NCBI GenBank assembly: GCA_964406145.1
Contig: CAYOQP010000001.1
Span: 7,706-71,705 of the forward strand
Direction of reading: 5' to 3'
DNA: 64,000 bases
Origin: an uncultured Candidatus Saccharibacteria bacterium
GTDB taxonomy: Bacteria; Patescibacteriota; UBA1384; XYA2-FULL-43-10; 1-14-0-10-43-13
Made by a program: the position numbers and the translations under genes. The notes under the pieces are model-generated. The model made no database searches. It was not told the DNA's origin and saw only the letters and a program-made list of their open reading frames with translations. Below are positions 49,558 to 59,317 of the stretch, in pieces. The first letter of the stretch is position 1. Every line of letters starts with the position of its first letter.

Positions 49558-50963
49558 TTTTCTCCTTCGTTCTTTTTGGCAGAGTCAACTGGTTTCATGA
49601 ATGGGAAATATAATATTTCTCTCAATGTCTTGGAATCGGTCAGCACTTTGACAAAACGATCAACTCCAAGGCCCCAGCCGGCTGTAGGTGGCATACCATA
49701 CTCGATCGCTTTCAAGAAATCTTCGTCAAGTCTTTGTGCTTCCTCATCGCCTTTTTCGCGAAGCTTGGCCTGATCGACGAATCTTTCTCTCTGGTCAATC
49801 GGATCATTGAGCTCAGAGAATGCCTTGATAAGCTCAATTCCACCAATTACCAACTGGAATGAATCAACTAATTTTGAATTTTTGCTATTTCTTTTAGCTA
49901 ATGGCAAAAGATCGGCTGGGTGATTTGTCACGAATGTTGGATTAACAAGCTTGGCAACGCCCTTTTTAAAAGCCTCGTCTGATTCTTCACCACCAGTTAG
50001 TTCATGAAAAGTTGTTCTCTCAAATTTTTGAGCAAAATCAATTTTCTTGCAGTCTATTTCGAGAACAAGATCGCCGTTATTAACAGCTCTGACGACAAAA
50101 CGGACAAGATCCTCGGTCAGATTCATTAATTTCTCATAATCAGCATACGCCCAGTAAAATTCCAGATTAGTAAATTCAGGGTTGTGGGTCGCATCGACGC
50201 CTTCATTTCTAAAACATCGCGCAAATTCGAATATTTTTTCGAATCCACCGACAAGCAATCTCTTAAGATATAGCTCTGGAGCAATTCGCAAAAATACTTC
50301 CCTGTCATAGGCATTGTAATGAGTCGAGAAAGGCTTAGCCGAAGCACCGCCCGGAATAGCTTGGAGTACCGGGGTATCGACTTCCATAAAGCCATTTTCT
50401 ACTAAGAAGTCTCGCAGGGCTTTGATTATTTTGGAGCGAGCATAGAATTTCTGCTTAACTTCAGGGTTGACAATAAAATCGACATATCTCTCTCTGTATC
50501 TGGTCTCAACATCTTTAAGTCCATTCCATTTCTCTGGAAGTGGTCTGATCGATTTGGTCAATATTCGGACATCACTTGCCTGGACTGAGAGCTCGCCGGC
50601 ATTTGTGATAAAGATTGTGCCTGATATCTCGATAAAATCACCAACTTCTAGACAGCTGACGACCTCAAAGGCACCTTCTTTTAAAAGATCTGCCTTTAAA
50701 ACTCCCTGAATCTTGCCCGATTCATCAACAATATCAAGAAAAACTAGCTTACCATGTCCTCTTTTGGCAATAGCACGACCGGCAATAGTGACTTCTTCTT
50801 TCGAATCAATCAGAGAATCTTTGTTGGCTAAAACTACTTCAATCAAACGGTCTCTATTTGAAACTGAAGGATATGGATCAATACCCAAATTCTTAAGTTC
50901 GGAGAGCTTAGCGACTCGACTTTCTATTAAATCTTTTTCTGTTGCACCCAAATCATTAGACAT
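49551..50963 (-). CDS. lysS: Lysine--tRNA ligase (class II)
   Basis: LRIAPELYLKRL, FRNEG, HNPEF, YGMPPTAG.GLGVDR. Confidence 0.97.
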   Translation of the reverse strand: MSNDLGATEKDLIESRVAKLSELKNLGIDPYPSVSNRDRLIEVVLANKDSLIDSKEEVTIAGRAIAKRGHGKLVFLDIVDESGKIQGVLKADLLKEGAFEVVSCLEVGDFIEISGTIFITNAGELSVQASDVRILTKSIRPLPEKWNGLKDVETRYRERYVDFIVNPEVKQKFYARSKIIKALRDFLVENGFMEVDTPVLQAIPGGASAKPFSTHYNAYDREVFLRIAPELYLKRLLVGGFEKIFEFARCFRNEGVDATHNPEFTNLEFYWAYADYEKLMNLTEDLVRFVVRAVNNGDLVLEIDCKKIDFAQKFERTTFHELTGGEESDEAFKKGVAKLVNPTFVTNHPADLLPLAKRNSKNSKLVDSFQLVIGGIELIKAFSELNDPIDQRERFVDQAKLREKGDEEAQRLDEDFLKAIEYGMPPTAGWGLGVDRFVKVLTDSKTLREILYFPFMKPVDSAKKNEGEKC

Positions 50964-51049
50964 CTGTATCCTTTTTACACTTTACAACTTTTTTATAGCA
51001 TATTCACAAAGTTAAATCGATACCTCAAAGTCAATTTTGTCGCCCCAAC

Positions 51050-51083
51050 AAAAAAGACCTCCGATTTATCGGGAGGCCTTTTT
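51050..51083 (-). terminator. Terminator after greA
   Basis: AAAAAAGACCTCCGA-ttta-TCGGGAGGCCTTTTT. Confidence 0.7.
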
Positions 51084-51099
51084 CTATCTTGAGAGAAAA

Positions 51100-51552
51100 T
51101 TATTCAATATTTATAATTTTACACTTAGAGACACCAGCTGGGGTTTTGACTTCGACTGTTTCGCCCTTCTTATGACCAACCAAAGCTGAACCAATCGGCG
51201 AATCAATGGAAATGCGACCATTCAACGGATCAGACTCGTCACTTCCAACGATTTGATATTTCATTTTGTCACCATCATCATCGATCTCAACCGTACAGCC
51301 GACATTGATAGTATCATTCTTACATTCTTTTTTGATAATCTGAGCGCTTCTAATTTTCTGATCAAGCTCCTGCTCTTTGCCCATCAAAAAAGACTGCTCA
51401 TTTTTAGCTTCATGATACTCTGCATTCTCAGAAAGATCGCCCATTTCTCTGGCTTCTTTGATTTTCTGGCTGACTTCTTTTAGCTTAACTTTAATATCGG
51501 CTAATTGAATTTTAAGTTTTGAAAGACCGTCTTCGGTCAAGTAATTACTCAT
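51100..51552 (-). CDS. greA: Transcription elongation factor GreA
   Basis: GDLSENAEY, ISIDSPIG; ATG at 51552 with AAGGAG SD. Confidence 0.97.
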   Translation of the reverse strand: MSNYLTEDGLSKLKIQLADIKVKLKEVSQKIKEAREMGDLSENAEYHEAKNEQSFLMGKEQELDQKIRSAQIIKKECKNDTINVGCTVEIDDDGDKMKYQIVGSDESDPLNGRISIDSPIGSALVGHKKGETVEVKTPAGVSKCKIINIE

Positions 51553-51724
51553 AATTTGGCTCCTTTTGAGAAAAAAAGCGCTCACGATTGATACCGTGAA
51601 GCGTTATTTCTTTTAATGTTGGCAAATTTTCTCAAAATTAGCTCTTTTTGTCAATATTTATAGACTTGCAAAAATTGTTTTATCCTTTTCTAGACTTAAC
51701 AATTAAAATAAGTTTTTTCTCCGA

Positions 51725-53659
51725 TTATCTCGTAAAATAATAGTTCAAAATCTCCTTGGCTACCGGTAATGCAATTTCATGGCCACCACCACCTCCGTCA
51801 ACCAGGACTATAACTGCAATCTGAGGATCTTCATATGGGGCAAAACAAGTAAACCAAGCGTGGGTCTTTTGGTTGTTTAGAAATTGTGCCGTTCCTGTTT
51901 TGCCAGCCGATTTTATAGGCAAATCAGAGAGTGTCCTAGCCGAACCTTCAGTTACGGCCATTCTCATGCCCTCAGCCACAGTTTTAATAACATCAGAACT
52001 AATAAAATCTTGTCTTTCGATTCTTGGAGCAAATTCACTAATAACGGCACCGTCTGGTCCAATAATCTTTTTGACTAGTTGCGGCTCATAAAGTTTACCG
52101 CCGCTAGCGATTACTGCTGTCGCTCGAAGCATCTGAAGAGGCGTTACCAAAAGATCGCCCTGGCCAATCGACACATGGTAAGTGTCGCCAATATACCAAG
52201 GCTCGTTCTTGACGGTTTTTTTCCAAGTCGCATCGGGCAAGAGTCCCGTTGCTTCTCCAGGTAAATCAATGCCGGTTTTTTCACCCAAACCGAAAAGCTC
52301 CCAATAATGCTTTATCGCATCAATACCGATTCCCTTTATCTTGTCATAGCCACCTCCGATCGAATAGAAAAAAACATTGTTTGATTCGGCCAATGCCCTC
52401 TCAACGTCGGTGGTTTCATAGCTATGATCCTTCCAATCCGGAAAACCATAATCACCTATCCTGATTTCTGCAGGAGTAACGAAAGAAGTATTTTTTGTAA
52501 TATTACCCTCGGATAGTCCAGCCGAAGCCATAATAATCTTGGAAATCGAACCTGGCGGGTAAACTCCGCCAATAGATCGATTAAACATCGGAAGCGATGC
52601 ATCGCTCATCAGCCCTTGATAATCCTTGTCTGAGATTTTTGTTGTAAACAAATTATTATCATAATCTGGCAAGGAAACCATCGACAAAATTCCACCTGTT
52701 TTTACATCCATGACGATAGCCGCGCCACCAGTCACTTCTGTTCCAGTCATTTCTTTACCAGAGTCAATACCAGCTCTCAGAGCTGCGGCAGCTTTTTCCT
52801 GAAGTCCTAAATCAATATTTAAGACTAAGTCATCTCCAGCAACTGGATCTTTGTTTTCCTTGTCGACCAAAACCTTAGCGATATTTCCCTTGGAATCAAC
52901 CTCAATCTGTTCAACCCCATAGGTTCCTCTCAAAAAACTCTCGTACTCGGCCTCAAGGCCAACCTTGCCAATTCTGTCTGATAGATAATAACTCGGATAT
53001 TTTTTCAAATCTTCGCCCGAAACAATGCCAGAATAACCAATTAGATGACTCAAGCCACTTGTGCCTTTATATTCTCGGATAGATTTTTTGGCAATAAAAA
53101 CTCCAGGCAAACCAGTGATGTTTTCCTCAAGCAAAAGAGCATCATCATGGGATATATCTTCTTTTAACAAAACCTCATCCAAAGATGATAAACCATTTTT
53201 TTCAGCATCCTTTTTGATTTGGTCAACAGAAATTCCAGACAATTCAGAAATTTTTTGGTAGAGCTCTTGTCGATCATTTTTTTTCTTGGGAAGATCAGAA
53301 GGATATATGGCCAAAGCAAATGATGGCTTATTTCTGGCTAGCCACTGACCGTTTGAATCAACTATCAAACCGCGGCTGGCTTCCAGAACTCTAGGACGGA
53401 TTCTGTTGCCTTCAGCCAATTTTTGATTTATATCTCCATGCACAACCTGAACAAAAAATAATCTGTAAACAAGAATCGAGAAAATTAAAATCGAAATCAG
53501 TTTTGGAAGCAGAAAAGATTGCTCCGAGCTCTTGCTTTCTACTTTGCCGATTGACTCATCTGTGACTTCAGAATACGAGAATTCAAGATCATTTTGAGTC
53601 CTGATTGTCCTTTTATTTTTATCTCCTAGCAACTGTGAAAAATTTCCAAATATATCCAT
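51725..53659 (-). CDS. mrdA: Penicillin-binding protein 2
   Basis: YPPGSISK (SxxK), SNN (SxN), KTGTA; follows mreBCD. Confidence 0.94.
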   Translation of the reverse strand: MDIFGNFSQLLGDKNKRTIRTQNDLEFSYSEVTDESIGKVESKSSEQSFLLPKLISILIFSILVYRLFFVQVVHGDINQKLAEGNRIRPRVLEASRGLIVDSNGQWLARNKPSFALAIYPSDLPKKKNDRQELYQKISELSGISVDQIKKDAEKNGLSSLDEVLLKEDISHDDALLLEENITGLPGVFIAKKSIREYKGTSGLSHLIGYSGIVSGEDLKKYPSYYLSDRIGKVGLEAEYESFLRGTYGVEQIEVDSKGNIAKVLVDKENKDPVAGDDLVLNIDLGLQEKAAAALRAGIDSGKEMTGTEVTGGAAIVMDVKTGGILSMVSLPDYDNNLFTTKISDKDYQGLMSDASLPMFNRSIGGVYPPGSISKIIMASAGLSEGNITKNTSFVTPAEIRIGDYGFPDWKDHSYETTDVERALAESNNVFFYSIGGGYDKIKGIGIDAIKHYWELFGLGEKTGIDLPGEATGLLPDATWKKTVKNEPWYIGDTYHVSIGQGDLLVTPLQMLRATAVIASGGKLYEPQLVKKIIGPDGAVISEFAPRIERQDFISSDVIKTVAEGMRMAVTEGSARTLSDLPIKSAGKTGTAQFLNNQKTHAWFTCFAPYEDPQIAVIVLVDGGGGGHEIALPVAKEILNYYFTR

Positions 53660-53661
53660 AT

Positions 53662-54159
53662 TTATAACTTTATCTCAAATTCAGACAGGAAGAATTTTTT
53701 TGCTTTTGTGTAGAATACATTTATGATCGTGCCCATAATAGCATTTATCATTACAAAGTAGCCCACAGCCCTAAAACCAGCAATACTCCACTCGGAAGAC
53801 CAAGCGAGCAGAGAAAATTCGAATAAAAATGCAACGATAATAAAGTAAAGTATCGCCGTTAATGTACTCGGGCTGGGTAGATATTTTTTAATTAAATAAT
53901 TAATTGTAGCTGGGACTAATACAAAATTAAAACCTATAACAAAAAGTGGCACGGAGGAAAAAATTGAAAAGAGAATCACCAGTATCAGGCCGAAGAAAAT
54001 ATAATCATCACTTTTATTCGAAAGCGCCAACATAGTCAGAACTATAAGAGAAGTGATTAAGCTGGCACCGTAAATTTCAATATAACTAAAAAATGTTAAA
54101 TCCATTATAACTAGGACAAGACCAAGAAGAATGAATAATAACAATTTTGATAATTTCAT
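53662..54159 (-). CDS. mreD: Rod shape-determining protein MreD (divergent)
   Basis: Polytopic 165-aa membrane protein between mreC and mrdA. Confidence 0.7.
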   Translation of the reverse strand: MKLSKLLLFILLGLVLVIMDLTFFSYIEIYGASLITSLIVLTMLALSNKSDDYIFFGLILVILFSIFSSVPLFVIGFNFVLVPATINYLIKKYLPSPSTLTAILYFIIVAFLFEFSLLAWSSEWSIAGFRAVGYFVMINAIMGTIINVFYTKAKKFFLSEFEIKL

Positions 54160-54941
54160 TGTTGTATGAAGACTAATTCTAGTTTTGATAAATCAAGTAA
54201 GGGTTCAACACTAATCGTCTTAAATATTCCAGAAGAGGACGATTGAAGCTTGTCGGCCTTTCCGATAAGAATTCCCTCCTTTATTTTACCACCAAGACCA
54301 CTGGTAATCACAAATTCCACCTCTTTATACTCTGTATCCCTTGTAATGTTTTCAATATACAAGCCAGAATTTCCACCTTTTAAAATTCCCTTTGCTCTGC
54401 AATCTTGAAGCATTGCTTGAATAATTGAATCCTTACTCGTAATTAAAACAACTGTGGACGTATTTTTCATTACTTCTCTAACCTGACCAACAAGTGTTCC
54501 ACTCGAAACAACTGCCATCCCGGACTTTAGCCCATCATCAGATCCACGGTCTACAATGACATAATCAAGATATGACATTGGATCACGCTCGATTATCTTG
54601 GCCGGAATTAACGGACCCGTTGATGAATCTTTAGCAAAGCCAAGTTCTTTTTTGAGAATTGTATTTTCATTTTCAAGTTCGCTAATTCTGCTTGTATCAA
54701 CTTGAAGACTCAATATTTTTTCCGATAGCTCGTTATTTTTAGAACGCAAATCACCAATATGTCTTATAAATGAAAGGTTCTCTCTGAGGTTTTTACCCGA
54801 AGAAGATAAATGTGATAACACAGGGCTGAAAAATCCAGACATAAAAGAACGAATGTTGGATCTCGCGCCAGAGAAAACAAACAATATTAAAACGATCGCC
54901 ACCAGTAGTAATATCGAAATTATGTTATTTTTCTTTTTCAT
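54156..54941 (-). CDS. mreC: Rod shape-determining protein MreC
   Basis: TM, coiled coil, DRGSDDG, LVGQV, TSGLGG. Confidence 0.93.
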   Translation of the reverse strand: MKKKNNIISILLLVAIVLILFVFSGARSNIRSFMSGFFSPVLSHLSSSGKNLRENLSFIRHIGDLRSKNNELSEKILSLQVDTSRISELENENTILKKELGFAKDSSTGPLIPAKIIERDPMSYLDYVIVDRGSDDGLKSGMAVVSSGTLVGQVREVMKNTSTVVLITSKDSIIQAMLQDCRAKGILKGGNSGLYIENITRDTEYKEVEFVITSGLGGKIKEGILIGKADKLQSSSSGIFKTISVEPLLDLSKLELVFIQQ

Positions 54942-55994
54942 TTATCGTTTATATTCTCTCGGAAGCAAGACTTCTGAAAGAAGATCAAGATCCTCAAGAA
55001 CCATACCTGTTCCCCTAGCCACAGCTGTTAGGGGATCATCGGCTATATAGACTTGGGTATTAGTCTCAAGAGAAATCAATCTGTCTAACCCTCGAAGAAG
55101 AGCTCCGCCGCCAGAAAGAATTATTCCGCGATCCATAATGTCAGCCAAAAGTTCCGGCGGAGTTTCTTCCATTGTGACTTTAATGCTCTCAATAATTAAG
55201 CTTATTGATTTTTTCATTGCCTCGCGAATTTGAGCATCATTAATAATGATCTCCTTGGGGAGTCCAGTTACAAGATCTCGTCCTCTCATTGGTGCTTCCG
55301 GCTTCTCTCTCATTTCAATGGCCGACCCAATTTTTATCTTAATCTCTTCCGCAGTCCTTTCGCCAAGTAGAAGATTAAACTTATCTCTTGCATATTGAAT
55401 TATGTCTTCATTTAGCTCATCTCCAGCAATGCGCAAAGAACGCGAAGCTACAACACCACCCAGAGAAATAACCGCTACCTCTGTCGTGCCGCCGCCGATA
55501 TCGATGATCATACTGCCAGAAGCATCCTGGATGGGAAGTCGGGCGCCAATCGCTGCAGCGATTGGTTCTTCAATCAGATAGACTTCTCTAGCACCAGCGT
55601 TGATCGCGCCTTCTTCAACAGCCCTTCTTTCCACTTCTGTCACACTATGAGGAATGCCGATAACAACTCTGGGGCGGGGAATAAGTGAAAAATGTTGTTG
55701 ATGAACACGATCAAAGAAATATCGAAGCATTGCTTCTGTAATTTCAAAATCTGATATTACACCATCAACTAACGGCCTGATTGCCACAATATGGCTAGGT
55801 GTCCTGCCAACCATTCTCTTTGCTTCTTCTCCAACAGCTAGAATTTCCTTCGTTTTTTTATTAATTGCCACAACAGAAGGCTCACGAATGACAACGCCCT
55901 TGCCGCGAACATAAACAAGAGTATTCGCAGTACCAAGATCGATTCCAATATCCTGCGAAAAACGACTTAAAATTTTACTAATTGGGCTCTTCAT
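54942..55994 (-). CDS. mreB: Rod shape-determining actin MreB
   Basis: GIDLGTANT, EPSVVA, DIGGGTTE, GGGALL. Confidence 0.98.
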   Translation of the reverse strand: MKSPISKILSRFSQDIGIDLGTANTLVYVRGKGVVIREPSVVAINKKTKEILAVGEEAKRMVGRTPSHIVAIRPLVDGVISDFEITEAMLRYFFDRVHQQHFSLIPRPRVVIGIPHSVTEVERRAVEEGAINAGAREVYLIEEPIAAAIGARLPIQDASGSMIIDIGGGTTEVAVISLGGVVASRSLRIAGDELNEDIIQYARDKFNLLLGERTAEEIKIKIGSAIEMREKPEAPMRGRDLVTGLPKEIIINDAQIREAMKKSISLIIESIKVTMEETPPELLADIMDRGIILSGGGALLRGLDRLISLETNTQVYIADDPLTAVARGTGMVLEDLDLLSEVLLPREYKR

Positions 55995-56122
55995 TTCATC
56001 ACAAGAAAAATTTAAATGATTTAGCTGCTACTCGAAAACAAAAACTAGTATTTTGCCAAAAAGCTTAATACTTGATTCACATATGAGTCTATTTCAAAAG
56101 TACGATTCGGTCAAGTCGAGAA

Positions 56123-57100
56123 TCACCAAAGATATTTTGCGGCCAGAGCCTCATGCTCAGCTGATGTTGAGCTTGGATAAATTTTACCGTCTCTACCGTA
56201 GAGGAAATAATAATATTTGCTTGGTGTTGGATTCTTGGCCGCCTCTATGCTCTTCAATCCCGGATTACATATCGGACCAAGAGGGAGCGCGCTTATTTGA
56301 TAGGTATTGTAAGGTGATTTGACGCTAGTATATTCAACCGTTTTGGCCGATTTCCAGAAAGTATAGTCTTTCTGATCGGAGACAGAAATTTTGGCAATCT
56401 CATTACTGTCACGACCATATTCAACTGTTGGATCAGACTGAAGCTTCATCCCTGCTTTTAAACGATTACTGTAAATTCCTGCAATCAGACCGCGATCAGT
56501 ATCATTAGCTGCTTCCCTCTCTACAATAGAAGCAAGAATTAAGTCATTATCAGTAACGCTGAGTCCGCTGATGCGTTTGTTGTAATCATCTAGCATCATC
56601 ACAATGATCTCATCAGCAGTCATGCGAGGATTAAAGAAATAGGTATCAGGGAATAGCTTGCCCTCTTTGTCTTTGGCCCTAGAAACAAATTCCTCATAGC
56701 TGACAATCCCCGCCTCATCAAGCTTTCGAGCAATTTGTTCGACTCTTAGTCCCTCGGGGATAAGAATCTTTGCTACTTTAACTTTGCCAGAATCAAGAAG
56801 ATTTAAGATGTCGCTAATTGACATTTTCGGTGTTAGCTCATAAAAACCTGGGGTAATCTTCTTGCTCAGAATAATCGAGGCATAATAGAAAACTCTGTCA
56901 TCGCTAACAAGGCCAAGTTTTTCCAAATCGCTACCAATTTCTTTGCTGCCCTTGCCGGATTCTATTTCTATAATTGTATTTTTTTCGATTTTTTCATTTG
57001 GCGCGTAAGTCTCTTTTTTCATATCGAAGAAAACAAAGACAACCACAAGCGCAAAAATCAAAACTAAAAAGCCAAAAATATATAGCAATTTAAATTTCAT
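56123..57100 (-). CDS. mltG: Endolytic transglycosylase MltG
   Basis: IPEG, EGKLFPDTY, LASIVERE, LQSDPT, SPYNTY, GPICNPG. Confidence 0.94.
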   Translation of the reverse strand: MKFKLLYIFGFLVLIFALVVVFVFFDMKKETYAPNEKIEKNTIIEIESGKGSKEIGSDLEKLGLVSDDRVFYYASIILSKKITPGFYELTPKMSISDILNLLDSGKVKVAKILIPEGLRVEQIARKLDEAGIVSYEEFVSRAKDKEGKLFPDTYFFNPRMTADEIIVMMLDDYNKRISGLSVTDNDLILASIVEREAANDTDRGLIAGIYSNRLKAGMKLQSDPTVEYGRDSNEIAKISVSDQKDYTFWKSAKTVEYTSVKSPYNTYQISALPLGPICNPGLKSIEAAKNPTPSKYYYFLYGRDGKIYPSSTSAEHEALAAKYLW

Positions 57101-57104
57101 CTAT

Positions 57105-57515
57105 TTATCTCTCGCCACGCTTATTAATAAATTGTTCCAATATTAAGACGGCCGCCATTTCATCAGTCTTGCCACTCGCTCGAGAATAATTTTTGCCGCT
57201 TTCTTTTAAAATCTCTGTCGCCAGAACCGAGGTGTATTGCTCTGGCTCAAAATAAATTGGCAGACCAGTCTTTTCAATCAATGCTGCAGCCAATTTTCGA
57301 GCCTTCAGGCTGATCCTGCCCTCTTCGCCTTGAGATCTGATCGGTAGGCCAACAACAATCTTTTCGATCTCTTCTTCATGACAAATTTTAGCTATATCAT
57401 CAACAATCTTTTCCATTTTTTGTTCGCCATCAACCACGCCAGCACCTTTAGGGAAAATTGTCCCAACTGCCAGCCCTATTCTTTTTTCACCATAGTCAAT
57501 CGCTAAAAAAGCCAT
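57105..57515 (-). CDS. ruvX: YqgF/RuvX family pre-16S rRNA nuclease
   Basis: LAIDYGEKRIGLA, VVGLP, AAVLILEQF. Confidence 0.92.
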   Translation of the reverse strand: MAFLAIDYGEKRIGLAVGTIFPKGAGVVDGEQKMEKIVDDIAKICHEEEIEKIVVGLPIRSQGEEGRISLKARKLAAALIEKTGLPIYFEPEQYTSVLATEILKESGKNYSRASGKTDEMAAVLILEQFINKRGER

Positions 57516-57547
57516 AAGAATTTTTGTTAATTATTTTTTGCCAATTA

Positions 57548-59317
57548 TTACTTTTGGTAATCAAAATCAACTTTTATTTTCTTGGTCAGAAAAGAAGTTC
57601 TATTTAACAACTTTGGTGTAATCTTTAGTGATACAGATTCGACTCCCTCTATTTTCCCAAGATAGCTTACGGCATCTGTATAACTTCGATTTTTGACACC
57701 TTCTTTAATATTATCACTCGAAATCTTCGGACCAACTTTGCCCTTAAAATCAGCTGATATTTTGATCTTTCCTTCGGACATCGAGTCCTCAATCATCTCG
57801 TAGGTCAATTCTGTTTTGTCAGCATTGATTAGCATTTTGTCAGCAGTCAAATCTTGTCCCGTCAAATCACTCATGATTTTTCTTAAGTCATCCTCTTTAA
57901 ATCCAAGTGCCATAAGCTTCACTCTAGCAGTAATCTGAAACTTATCAGCCTCATCATTGATTTTTTTATTAGAATCTTGAGAGATTATTTCTACCGCAAT
58001 GTTCTTCTCGAATATTTTTAAGCTTTCTTCAGCCGCCTTATCGATCAAGCCTTGCTTGCCCTGAGTAGTTCCCTCTTCTTTGATCGTCACCTCAGCTTTG
58101 GCTAAATCTTCATCTGTTACAAAAGAAACGTTTTTAGTGACTCCACCAGTAAATGTAGTTTTACTACTTGCGGTTAATTGCCCAACCGTAAAAGTTGTAG
58201 CAGGGATGTTGTATTTGTCGCCATTTTCAGAAGCAATCACAGATGCGTCTACGACGCCGGGAATCGGATCACAAATAATATTAAGCTGGGCATCTTGATG
58301 ACATTTACTAATATCGGTCTGAGCAGTCTTTCCCGGAACCAATACTCCCTTTTCAATATAAAAAATTTTACCATCAGCAGCCGTGACCTTGGCACCAGGA
58401 GAAACCGTGATTGCTTTGGTGCTAACAGTATTAGAAATTGTAATTGTGCCATGTGCCTTTTCGCCGATATCCTTTTTGCCAGTCGAGTCAAATTCTTTGG
58501 TAATTGATTTCTCTACTTCGACAAGCTGTCCTGGGACAGCAAAAACAGCCGGATCAGCAATGGCCTGATTCTTATCGACAAAAATATTGCTCTTTTTCTC
58601 GACGTCACTAGTCTTTAATATTAAAGAGGCTTCAGTCGTAGGAATAAGGACATAAAAAGCCGCAGCAAGACCGACCAATACAATTGACGAAATTACAAGA
58701 AATGCTTTTCGGCTTCCTTCTGTTTTTATGTGTCGCTTTTCTTTCTTGTTTGGAGACATAACCACCATTTCCTCCTCTTCATTATCTTTTTTCACATCCA
58801 AAGCTTTCGCTTGTATTTCTGGCTCGGACTGTTCTTCATGTTCTTCTTCCGGAATTTCTTCCACTACTACTTCTTCCTCTGGCACAGATTCTTCAATCTG
58901 TTCTTCTGGCTCTTCTAGATCTGGGTCATCTTCTGGCTCCGGTTCTAGCTCAGAATCTTCAGTCATCTTGCTAAGATCATATTTTTTGTATCGATTTACT
59001 TTTAATGAAGAAGAAGTCGCCTCTTCAGCTTTGACCGGCACATTAAGACTCGCTTTCTCCGCTTCTGTAACCTTAGAGAAAACTTCAATCCCGACCTGAT
59101 CAGCGAGGTTATTAGTAATCTTATCTGAGCTCACTATACCTATGACCTTACCGTGATCAGATGCATTTCTTTTGAGCAATTTAAGATTGATGGTGCTTTG
59201 CGAAATCGAAGAGCCTCTAGGCACAACCAAAACAACTCCGGCTTCTTCGCTCTTACGAATCCGATCAATGACTTTTGTTATCTCTTCATCTGGCTCAAGA
59301 TAATAGACTTTATTCAT
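57548..59317 (-). CDS. Membrane-anchored protein: alpha/beta N-domain, acidic linker, TM, baseplate-J-like extracellular region
   Basis: YLEPDEEIT.VIDRI...LVVP.G...NLKLLKR N-terminus; KAHGTITISN, ASENGDKYNI, FTGG; domain call is from recall. Confidence 0.65.
   Translation of the reverse strand: MNKVYYLEPDEEITKVIDRIRKSEEAGVVLVVPRGSSISQSTINLKLLKRNASDHGKVIGIVSSDKITNNLADQVGIEVFSKVTEAEKASLNVPVKAEEATSSSLKVNRYKKYDLSKMTEDSELEPEPEDDPDLEEPEEQIEESVPEEEVVVEEIPEEEHEEQSEPEIQAKALDVKKDNEEEEMVVMSPNKKEKRHIKTEGSRKAFLVISSIVLVGLAAAFYVLIPTTEASLILKTSDVEKKSNIFVDKNQAIADPAVFAVPGQLVEVEKSITKEFDSTGKKDIGEKAHGTITISNTVSTKAITVSPGAKVTAADGKIFYIEKGVLVPGKTAQTDISKCHQDAQLNIICDPIPGVVDASVIASENGDKYNIPATTFTVGQLTASSKTTFTGGVTKNVSFVTDEDLAKAEVTIKEEGTTQGKQGLIDKAAEESLKIFEKNIAVEIISQDSNKKINDEADKFQITARVKLMALGFKEDDLRKIMSDLTGQDLTADKMLINADKTELTYEMIEDSMSEGKIKISADFKGKVGPKISSDNIKEGVKNRSYTDAVSYLGKIEGVESVSLKITPKLLNRTSFLTKKIKVDFDYQK

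Noticed and set aside
57548-59317. Prophage or contractile injection system suggested by the baseplate-like domain
   Set aside because: No sheath, tube, spike, terminase or integrase genes; the protein is membrane-anchored among housekeeping genes
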